DNA from: Basidiobolus meristosporus CBS 931.73
Taxonomy: Eukaryota > Fungi > Basidiobolomycota
Assembly: GCA_002104905.1 (NCBI GenBank)
Contig: MCFE01000206.1
Coordinates: forward strand, 62,001 to 126,000
Direction: 5' to 3'
DNA: 64,000 bases
Under the pieces are notes generated by a model, which saw only the letters and a list, made by a program, of their open reading frames with translations, ran no database searches and had not been told where the DNA came from. Both the position numbers and the translations under genes were made by a program. This document shows, piece by piece, positions 52,558 to 62,700 of this stretch. The stretch's first letter is position 1; every line of letters starts with the position of its first letter.

Positions 52558-55500
52558 CAAGCTGTCACTCTCTGCAATGTCTACTACTGCTCTTACTGGA
52601 ATTTTTCCCTCTGCTGAAAAGTTGGATGGATCTAACTACCATATGTGGAAGGTGAAGATGAAGATGCTGCTACAAGAAAGAGGCCTTTGGGATATTGTCA
52701 TGGGAGAAGAATGCCCTCCTAAAAATGTGGGAGAGGAAGCCTTAAAGTACCAGAAGAAAGAACAAAGTGCCTTTTGTTGTAAAAGTTCATAATTCCACCT
52801 AAATATTCACCTAACTTAGTCACTTAGATCATTACCCTTAAATGCTAGAGAATACTGACCAAATTCCTTGTTGGGATTTACTTAGAGTATTTTCACCAAA
52901 ATACCAGGTACCCTGAACATGAAAATTCTCAAAGTTGTCCAAACAGCCCCAAATCTTGCACACATGTTCTTGGGACCTTCCTTAACCAATTCTACATGTT
53001 TGTAATGCCAAGACCAGGTAAAAGTATAAATACTACTTTTACATTCAATTAATCATTAAGTGAAAACCACATAATCTACTTGTTCTCCCAATCACTTCCA
53101 ATATCTCCAAGACTCTTACAACACCTTTAACTGCATTTGCCTTGATGTTAAGGGCAAATTGCTAATTCAATGCTCAAGAGCAAAAACGGCAAAGAATGCC
53201 TTGAAAGCATTAGAAGACACCTACCAGTCATGTTCAGCTGCTAAGAAAATGTATCTGAGACAAAAATTCTTTACTACAAAGATGCTACCAGGAGAAGAAA
53301 TGAAAAATCTAATAAACAGAATTACCCTGCTGGTAGATGAGATGGAATCTGTGGGTGTACCAACTACTGATGAGGATGTGATAGTTACCATCCTGAATAG
53401 CCTGACAGACAAGTTTCAAGGCCTTGTATCAGCCGTAGAGTCCAGAACTGAAGATTTGACCTTAAATTACGTATATGGAAGGCTCCTGGATGAAGAATTA
53501 AGAAAATCAAGCGCCAATAAGAAGGAAGAAGAAAATGCTTTAATAAGCAATGATAACCAACAAAGGAGATACCCAAGACCCTACAAAGGCAACAGCAACC
53601 TGTTTTGTAACTACTGCAAAAGGAAAGGACACACATCAGACTGGTGTCTCAAAAAGAAATATAATCAGCAAAAGAAGCCTGAATATGGAAATGCTGCAAC
53701 AACTGAAGATAGACTATTCATATCTGCACTAAATATGACCACAAACAAGGATTCTCAGACGTGGTATATTGACTCTGGAGCTTCTCAACACTTTACACAC
53801 CAAAATGAACTTTTTACCAAATATCAAGAATTTCCAATTAAGTAGGTTTTCATGCGTGACAATAGAACACTTGATGCAGTGGGAGAAGGAACTATCCAAG
53901 TAAACCTTAGAAGCAGTGAAGGAAGCCATACACCGACCTTTAAAGAAGTATTCTATGTACCAGAAATAGCCAAGAACCTACTCTCTGTAAGCAAGGCCAC
54001 AGCAGAAGGACTCAGTTTCAGTTTTGGCAATTCTGGATGCAGGATCACTGATCAAAATGGTGCCCATATTGCTTTGGGCATCAGAGATCAGAATCTATAC
54101 AAGTTGACTTATATTCCATCATATTTGGAAGCCAATATAAGTAACTTAAATGAAGAAACACCAATGCTATGGCACAGGAGATTTGGACACATCAATTTTG
54201 ATTATTTGCGTAAAATGATCAAAGATCAGCTAATTTCTGGAGTGAAAATTGATACCCCAGCTAATTTGGAGCACTGTGATGCCTGCATATATGGGAAACA
54301 AGTCAGACTACCATTCAAGAGCTCTGGGTTAATCAAAACTAAGAAAAAATTAGATTCAATTCACTCAGATCTGCATGGACCTATGCAAAATTTATCCTTA
54401 GGCTGGATGAAGTATTTAATCACTTTTATTGATGATTATACAAGATACACATGGGTCTACTTCATGGAGAGAAAGGAAGAAGCTCTGTCTAAGTTCAGGG
54501 AGTTTAGAGCCATAGTGGAGAGAGAAACTGGTGAAAAAATCAAGAAAATACGTTCTAACAATGGTGGAGAATATACCTCAAAACTCTTCATCCACTTCTG
54601 CAAAATTCATGGGATAAAGCAAGAGACTACTGTACCATACTCCCCACAGCAAAATAGAGTAGCAGAACAAGCTAACAGATCAATAACTGATATGGCCAGA
54701 TCTATGATCCATGATCAAAAATTACCCTATGATTATTAGGCGCAATCAGTTGCCACTGCTGTATACCTTAAAAATAGGAGTTATAACAGAATACTTTGTG
54801 ATTCTACTCCATTTGAAGCATGGTATGGATACAGACCAAGTGCAGAACATCTAAGAATATTTGGGTGTACAGCATATGTCAAAAAACTGGCCAGAAATCA
54901 GTCAAAATTTGAGCCAAAAAGTGTAAAATGCATATTTTTGGGATACTGCAATGAGAGTATGGCATACAGACTCTACAATACCAAAGCAAAGAAGCTTGTC
55001 AAGTCCAGGGATGTGTTGTTTGATGAAAATTCAAAATTTTCACAAAAAATGACATCAGATGATGATGAAAATTTGATCTCAAGTCCACCAATTGTCAGGA
55101 TTGAATCAGAGCAAAACAATGAAAATTTTTTCACTCCAGAGGACTCTACAACCATGGTTCAGCCAGAATCAGTGCCCAGGAATATCCCAGAAGTGATCAT
55201 TCCAGTATCAAATGCCCGGAGATCCAAACAGACAAGAAATAGCCCAAATTACTATATCATTGAGAGTACAAACTTAGCCTATGCCTATTCAGTCCATATT
55301 GATGAGCCCCAGACTGTTAAAGAGGCCCTAAATAGCCCTCAGACAAAGTTTTGGAGATCTGCAATGACTGAGGAATATCAGGCCCTAATGGAAAATCAAA
55401 CTTGGGACTTGGTCAAATAACCAATCAAACAAAAATCAATTGGATGCAGATGGGTCTTCAAGACAAAATACAAGGCTGATGGTACTATTGAAAGATGCAA

Positions 55501-56875
55501 AGCAAGACTTGTAGCCAAAGGATACTCTCAAACAAAAGGACTTGACTACACTGAGACCTTTGCACCAGTAGCCAAGTTTAATTCCATCAGATTAATATTG
55601 GCTAATGCAGCAAAATATAAGTTTTTTATTCACCAAATGGATGTAAAAACCGCATTTTTGAATGAACAACTTGATGAGGACATGTATATGGACCAGCCTG
55701 ATGGGTTTGCTGACCAAGATAACCCCAATTTGGTCTGCAAGCTTAAAAAGTCACTATATGGTCTCAAACAATCACCAAGAGCCTGGAATTGCAAGATAGA
55801 TTCTTACTTGGAATCTTTGAGTTTGAAAAGAAGTAATGCTGATTATAGTATATACTATAAGCCAGATAGAGCAAATCCAGTTCTATTAGCTCTATATGTG
55901 GATGATCTTATTATAGCCGCCAATAACCTAGAAACATTGGAAGAGACTATATCCAGCCTATCTAAGGAGTTCAAGATGTCCAATCTAGGAGAACTTAGTT
56001 ACTACTTAGGGATTAAGTTCTCCATAGACAGAAGTACCCAGACTATTACCCTAAGCCAATCCAAGTATATTCAAGATATACTAAAGAAGTACAAAATGGA
56101 AGACTGTAAACCGGCAGCTACCCCAATGGAGACACACCTTAACTTGGTCAAAACTCAGCCAAATCAAGAGAGCTTGGTGCCATCTGAAAGCCCTGACTTT
56201 CCTTATCAATCTATGATTGGCAGTCTGATGTATATCATGCTTGGAACACGTCCAGATATCTCATATTCAGTGGGAGTTGTCAGCCAACATAATCAGAACT
56301 ATGGATCTGATGATATTGCAGCAGTTAAGCGGATTTTTAGATACCTAAAAGGAACTGCTGATATCTGCTTAAGATTCACTTATAATGATTCAGAACAGGA
56401 TCTTGTGGGATACTCTGATGCTGATTGGGGACAAAATCTAGAAGACAGAAGATCCACCACAGGATACACCTTTCTTTACTATAAAGGAGCAATTTCATGG
56501 AATTCAAGAAAGCAACCAACCGTAGCACTTTCCACCACAGAGGCAGAGTATATGGCAGCCTGTGAAGCTACAAAAGAAGCAATGTGGTTAAGAAAGCCTG
56601 TTACAGATTTATGCCTATGTCAAAAAATGCTTATTACTTTATTTCAAGATAATCAAGGATGTATACAATTAGGTAGAAATCCAACTTTTCATGCTAGAAC
56701 CAAGCACATAGATATTAGACATCATTTCATACATGAAGTTATAGAGAATAACTTAGTTAGCTTAGTTTACTGTCCTACAGATGAAATGATTGCAGACATA
56801 TTTACCAAACCATTAGCTAGAGACAAGTTTGAATATCTTAGGTCAAAATTAGGACTAGTCAGTATGAACATGTAG
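52550..56875 (+). pseudogene. Copia gag-pol polyprotein, disrupted
   Basis: Single frame: KLDGSNYHMWKVKMK, CNYCKRKGHTSDWC, WYIDSGAS, LWHRRFGH, HSDLHGP, RSNNGGEY, KARLVAKG, YVDD, YSDADW. Interrupted by a solo LTR and in-frame stops ending at 53845, 54739 and 55420. Confidence 0.95.
52775..53123 (+). repeat. Solo LTR of the same Copia family inserted in gag
   Basis: Complete TGTTGTAA..TTACAACA LTR flanked on both sides by CCTTT (52770-52774 and 53124-53128). Confidence 0.95.
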
Positions 56876-56886
56876 CTGAGTGGGAG
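56874..56886 (+). promoter_or_regulatory. Polypurine tract of Copia
   Basis: AGCTGAGTGGGAG immediately before the 3' LTR. Confidence 0.6.
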
Positions 56887-57235
56887 TGTTGTAAAAATTT
56901 GTAATTCCACCTAAATATTCACCTAACTTAGTCACTTAGATCATTACCCTTAAATCCTAGAGAATACTGACCAAATTCCTTGTTGGGATTTACTTAGAGT
57001 ATTTTTACCAAAAAACCAGGTACCCTGAGCATGAAAATTCTCAAAGTTGTCCAAACAGCCCCAAACCTTGCACACATGTTCTTGGGACCTTCCTTAACCT
57101 ATTCTACATGTTTGTAATGCCAAGACTAGGTAAAAGTATAATTACCACTTTTACATTCAATAAATCATTAAGTGAAAACCACATAATCTACTTGTTCTCC
57201 CATTCACTTCCAATATCTCCAAGACTCTTACAACA
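56887..57235 (+). repeat. Copia 3' LTR (349 bp)
   Basis: Direct repeat of the 5' LTR. Confidence 0.95.
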
Positions 57236-57753
57236 GCTTCTATAGAGTAAAGCTCATCAGGGGTAAATAAAAAATTCAAGGGTTTTGGGGGAAGTACAAA
57301 TTGTAGATGTTTCTGATCAATATAATCCAAGACTGGAATCCAGCCTGGGATTAGGTGTAGTAGGAAAGGTGAGTGGACTAGTAAGTAGCTCTGCCACATG
57401 GATCTTAGATGGTCCTGTGCCAGTAGTCTTGGTTTCTCAGCTTTTTGAAGTTTTGAAGCAAGCTCTGTTACTATATCAGAGCCAACCAGGGTGTGCCAGC
57501 AAGAAGATTTCAGGGACAAGTTAGATTGAAGCCATTGTTTAATGGAGGGGTTATGTGATTTCTGAAGTTTCAATAGGAAGGAAGCACAGAGATAGACCAT
57601 ACAGATTTGGTATGGGTAGAACCCAAAGACTCCATTAGTTGCATGGATATAGGGAGATACTGGAAGATAAGGTACTAAAGATCTAATACACCAATGGAGA
57701 AATTTATCCAGGTGGTGAAGTTCTCTGGAGGTTAGGGGGATAATGTGCAGACC
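57236..57753 (-). mobile_element. Non-LTR lineage C, 5'-truncated ORF2 C-terminal fragment
   Basis: GLHIIPLTSRELHHLDKFLHWCIRSLVPYLP..GVFGFYPYQI..SCWHTLVG..EKPRL..LPPKPLN aligns with lineage A at protein level. Confidence 0.75.
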
Positions 57754-58450
57754 TTACGGGGGAGACAGTCACCAACAGGTGAAATCTTTATTTCAGTTGA
57801 AACAAAGAAGCCAGTGCTACTGTTGTAGCTTTGATACAAGAGTGTGTAGCTGAGGGGAGTTTATAGGTAAGTTAAAAGGAGTGATGATGGTTCTTCAGTG
57901 CTCAAGACACTGTTCAGTGGGAAGGGGGGTAGCAAGAGAGGTAAGAATGACTTCTGAACAACATTAATGAAGGGAATGTGATAAGGATTGATATTCATCT
58001 TATAGGGGGTGTGCTGCTGCAGATATTGCTGCCAAAGGTCTGTTAAGTACTTCAGGTAAGCCAGCTTGGGTTTTTCTGACTGCAGAATATAAAGAGCAAG
58101 CTTCTTGACTTCAGGATCTCCAAGTATAGTTCTCCAGCAGGAGCCAGGTGTTGTGTGGTGTGTTCTCTTCCAGGCCTTAATCAGTGGGTTGTTGCAGTGG
58201 TGAAGTCTGAGATATTATCTGGTTCTAAGGTAGAGTAGTTTGATCTTGTAGGGCATAAACCCAAAAGCACCAAGAATAGCATGTCTGTAGGGGCATTCAG
58301 GCAAATGAGGCACCAAGGAGGTAATGCACCATACTGGAAACTTGTCAAGCTTAGTGCAGTCTCTAGAAGTAAGAGAGAGAAGTGGTAAGCCAAATTCCAG
58401 GACAGGGAAGACAAACTGCTTGAGTAGAAGGAGGCAGCTGGGAGCTGAAG
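57754..58450 (-). mobile_element. Non-LTR lineage A, 5'-truncated copy
   Basis: LLKQFVFPVLEFGLPLLSLTSRDCTKLDKF resembles the LINE post-RT 'RPxLEYG' thumb region; one in-frame stop; ends AATAAAGATTTCACC-TGTT-GGTGA..CCCCCGTAA. Confidence 0.75.
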
Positions 58451-58980
58451 TTAGGGTTAGGGGGGAGGAAAGTCACCAAGTGGTGAAATCTTTATTTACT
58501 TATGACAAGTATCTAAAGAAGCCAAGTTAATCTGAACTAATTCCTAGAAAGCTAGGTCTGAGAGATATCTTCCTGGTAAGCCAGGTCTGAGAGTTGAGAA
58601 GCTGAGTGGTACTATATTTCCTAGTTAGCTAGGTCTGAGAGAGGTTTCCTGGAAAGCCAGGCCTGAGAAGTGAGAATCCAAATATATCTGAGCTAAGTTA
58701 TACTGGTTTGCGGTAGCTGAATTGTGGCCGGAATGGCCAGTAGACTAGGGGAACTGAGATGAATTTCTGGGCGATCACTGGCCAAATTTACTAGGCAAAT
58801 CTGACCAATTAGCATTTCAAGGATTTCAGCCAATCAGAGCCTTTACTTTGCCCGATGGTTGATCAAGCCATCTCCCAATGAGCACACATCAATTTATTAA
58901 TCAAATTTTGCTGGATCCAGGATTTGAACCCACAACCATGGGTATGGAAGGGTTAGGGATAACCACAAGGCTAAGTGTTC
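58451..58980 (-). mobile_element. Putative tRNA(Gly)-derived SINE carrying the LINE 3' tail
   Basis: A-box-like TAGCCTTGTGG (from 58973), B-box GGTTCAAATCC (58930-58920) at tRNA spacing, and CTTCCAT at the anticodon-loop position; non-coding body; 3' TGGCTTCTTT..AATAAAGATTTCACC-ACTT-GGTGA..CCCCCCTAACCCTAA. Confidence 0.6.
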
Positions 58981-58982
58981 TT

Positions 58983-59020
58983 GGTTAGGGGGGGATGATA
59001 ATCACCACAGGGTGAAATCT
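58983..59020 (-). mobile_element. ~38-nt mini retrocopy consisting only of the 3' hairpin and tail
   Basis: Plus strand GGTTAGGGGGGGATGATAATCACCACAGGGTGAAATCT lies between two other elements. Confidence 0.6.
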
Positions 59021-59373
59021 TTAGGGTTAGGGGGAGACAGTCACCAACAGGTGAAATCTTTATTTCAGTTGAAACAAAGAAGCCAGCGCTACTGTTGTAG
59101 CTTTGATACAAGAGTGTGTAGCTGAGGGGAATTTGTAGGTAAGTTAATAAGAAGTGATGATAGTTCTTCAGTGCTCAAGACACTGTTCAGTGGGAAGGGG
59201 GGTAGCAAGAGAGGTAAGAATGACTTGTGAACAACATTAATGAGGGGAATGTGATAAGGATTGATATTCATCATAAAGGGAGTGTGCTGCTGCAGATATT
59301 GCTGCCAAAGGTCTGTCAAGTACTTCAGGTAGGCCAGCTTGGGTTTTTCTGACTGCAGAATATAGTGAGCAAC
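59021..59373 (-). mobile_element. Non-LTR lineage A-like copy B2, 5'-truncated
   Basis: Near-identical to 59374-59720 and similar to 57754-58100; tail CCCCCTAACCCTAA. Confidence 0.85.
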
Positions 59374-59776
59374 TTAGGGGGGGGAGACAGTCACCAACAG
59401 GTGAAATCTTTATTTCAGTTGAAACAAAGAAGCCAGCGCTACTGTTGTAGCTTCGATACAAGAGTGTGTAGCTGAGGGGAATTTGTAGGTAAGTTAATAA
59501 GAAGTGATGATAGTTCTTCAGTGCTCAAGACACTGTTCAGTGGGAAGGGGGGTAGCAAGAGAGGTAAGAATGACTTGTGAACAACATTAATGAGGGGAAT
59601 GTGATAAGGTTGATATTCATCATAAAGGGAGTGTGCTGCTGCAGATATTGCTGCCAAAGGTCTGTCAAGTACTTCAGGTAGGCCAGCTTGGGTTTTTTGA
59701 CTGCAGAATATAGTGTGCAAACTTCTTGACTTCAGGATCTCCAAGTATAGTTCTCCAGCAGGAGCCAGGTGTTGTG
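59374..59776 (-). mobile_element. Non-LTR lineage A-like copy B1, truncated at the Gypsy boundary
   Basis: Tandem near-duplicate of B2 extending ~50 nt further 5'; tail CCCCCCCTAA. Confidence 0.85.
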
Positions 59777-62700
59777 CATCAACATTTAAAACTTAGCCAA
59801 TTTTACTCCGTTTGAAAATCTAGTACCCTAACTGATTTTCCCTAACCCAAACATAACAAATCCCAGTTACAGTTTATTTTATCCCACCTCAGAATCTATT
59901 TTTAGCTATCACACCTGATCTATTTTCAAATGGTCATTACGTTATCAACCTATCTGCCAAGCCTTCCCAGGTGATTAGTCATCTGAGATCTATCCAACCA
60001 CTGTGCAGTTGCCAAGACATCAGTTGATTGATGATGTAATTTTCATTTATCTTATGCACCTATGAACACCCAAATTGATTTCAATCAATCCAGTCCCTTG
60101 GCGCTGACTAATTCAACTTGATCAGAAAAGTATAAATAAAGTTTACTGAACCTTTTGGTTTAGTGTGTGTCTCAACGAAATTAAGATTCTGTCTCAGCAA
60201 AAATAAGAATCCAACAATTCCGTTCTAGTTTCTATCCAAGCCTAGTATATCTAGCACTCCAAAGAACACCAAGCCTAGCCTGCCTAGCAAACAAATATCA
60301 TTGCCTTTATAGCCAACCCAGCTATATCCAAGACCAATATTAGATCAGAATCTTGCTGCTAATATTTCCGCCACTCTCTGACAATTCTAAGATTCTGCAC
60401 TTAATTGTCCCTTTGGTTCAGTTAAACCATTCAAGAGTTTTATTACACTTTCTCTTGGATACAACATTTTTTTCGTTGAATTCCATTACATTCAGCCAAT
60501 TAGAAGATGTCCTCAGCAGCAAGCAATCCAAACCTTTCCATGTTGGAAGAAGCCAGAAGAAATCAGGAAGAACTTACTGAACAGCTTGAAAACATCATGC
60601 TTGAAAGAAATACCATGATGATTGAGCACTCAAAGCTTGCCAAAACAAGATCCGATAATCACCGTAGAGATGAACTCCTTGAAGTTATATCCGGTTACCA
60701 AGATGAAATTGGAATAATTAAGGAAGCACTGGAGAATATTGCCATAGTAATTGACAGCATTGAAAATCCACCAAGCCTTGCTCTGCATCAGCCACCAAGA
60801 AGTCATGCCTTTGAATCCTCCAGATCTACATCTCCTTCTAGACCTGCCCCGGTGGTTGTCCCAAGATCCTTGCCTGTTTATGCTGAAGGCACCAATGCCA
60901 TCAAGAATCCAACTGAGTTTCTTTACAAGTTTAGTCACGTCTTAGCTGCACACCAGCTAGACCCTGACACCAACTGGGCTAGACTTCTGCCTCTCTGTCT
61001 CACAATGCAAGATGCTGACTGGGTTGAAGTGAACATTCCTTCCAATAGTACGTGGAAAATTGCCCAAAACCTCTTTTGCAGCCATTTTGAAGATCCTCTC
61101 AAGAAAGCACATCTGAACTGCGACTTATGGAAAACTAAAATGCAAAAAGGTGAATCTGTGCAACACTTCTGTGATAGATTCCAAAGACAAATGAGATTAG
61201 CTGGAGTTAGTGATGATAATCCATCGCTTACTGCTCATTTTCTTTCAAACTTTTCACACCAGCTACAGAGCAATATTGCTATTGTCAAAGCATGCAACCC
61301 TGCACGTACCTATGACCAGATCTCAGAGATATGTACACTGGCAATCACCTTGACTGCAGCTGTTAGCCAGACTTCAGGCAGCTCAACCCAATACCCCACA
61401 ACAGCCGGAAAAGAGACCAGTCATGTGACCAAGAAGCAGTCAACCGCTACTAAGCACTGTGAGCTTCATGGAAAATGCTATCATTCTACCAGTGAATGCA
61501 AAGGCATCACCAAGCAGTCAAACAAGTCAGGAAACACCGCAGAAAAGCAGCAAAACACCAAAACTGATAATCCATATGCTGATGACAAGTGCTTTAAATG
61601 TGGAAATAGGGGACATAGATCACCTGCCTGTCCTGAGAAGAACTCCACACCATCAGCCAAAATTACCCAGATCCTTGATGATCATTCAGCCAATGATACA
61701 ATGGGGTATGAAGAAGCATATGAAGAACTTACAGTTCAAGATTATCACAACCTCTTTGAGTTTCCGGCTAAAATTGCAACTGTCCAAGAAAAGAAGCAAC
61801 CAATCACACAGCTCAAAGCCATAGAAGTGCCACTCACCCTCAATGGCCAATCATACGTAGCACTACTGGATACTGGATCATCCAACTCTATTGTATCACC
61901 CAATGTAGTCAGAGAACTCAATTTGGAGATAGAAAAACGACCAGGAAAAATCATTCTTGCAGCTAAGGATCTCTCAGCCCCAAGAATTGGCATTACCAAC
62001 CCAATCAACATACATTGTGGCTCAGTAACCATAATCCATCAGATGGAAGTGATTGACATACCAGATGGACCTCAGGTAGTCATTGGTCTGGACACCTTCA
62101 CCAAACTTGGCTTTCACATAGGCGGACTACCGGTTTCCTATCCAGGAATCACTAAATCTCAGCCGCTCATAATGGATCAAATCCCAGAGATTATCTCATC
62201 CCAACCGGAAGAAGAAGAGTTAACCCCAACTTTTCAAGAATATTCTCAATCAGTCAAATTAGATATTCAGCCGGCCATAGAGAGAAATCAGGCCATTCCA
62301 AGGAACAGCTTCTGCACCATCCCAGAGTCCATTGTTACACTAGAGACCCCACCTGGTGAGTCAACATGGAGGAGGCAATACCCAATTCCGCATTCATGTC
62401 AACACTTAGTTGATGAGATAGTCCAAAAATGGGCTGACAATGGATTATCACTCAAGCCCCTGTCAACACAACATTCAACAGCCCTTTGACGCTTGCACCA
62501 AAGAAAGATGCTGATGGAAATCTAACCCTGAAGAGACCCTGTTTGGACCCCAGACCTCTGAACAAGCTTCTCCAAGATGACAAGTTTCCAATTCCAAGAA
62601 TCCAAGATATCTTTTCCGCACTATCAGGAGCAAAAGTATTCTCCAAGTTGGACTTGAAGGATGCATATCACCGATTCCAGATCCATCCTGATCATCAGCA

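Larger units (their letters stand above)
52197..57235 (+). mobile_element. Full-length defective Ty1/Copia LTR retrotransposon
   Basis: LTRs 52197-52545 and 56887-57235 (TGTTGT..ACA, about 10 differences in 349 bp); flanks GTTTC/GCTTC as a near-perfect 5-bp TSD; domain order gag-PR-IN-RT-RH. Confidence 0.97.

Noticed and set aside
52418-52792. ORF-track start MLVMPRLGK for gag
   Set aside because: It starts inside the 5' LTR; the plausible gag start is at 52550, and the ORF end is created by the inserted LTR.
58905-58980. Functional tRNA-Gly gene
   Set aside because: Acceptor and anticodon stems do not pair; treated as a SINE head.
58983-59060. GGTGAAA hairpin as a hammerhead ribozyme core
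   Set aside because: The required CUGANGA box before stem II is absent.
57754-59403. Hairpin followed by CTAA read as Helitron 3' ends
   Set aside because: The ends are not followed by T, there is no 5' TC terminus, and the upstream sequence encodes a LINE-like post-RT region with variable 5' truncation.
57754-59403. Repeated motif as a CRISPR-like array
   Set aside because: Spacing is irregular (38-700 nt), the intervening sequences are homologous to each other, and the context is eukaryotic.
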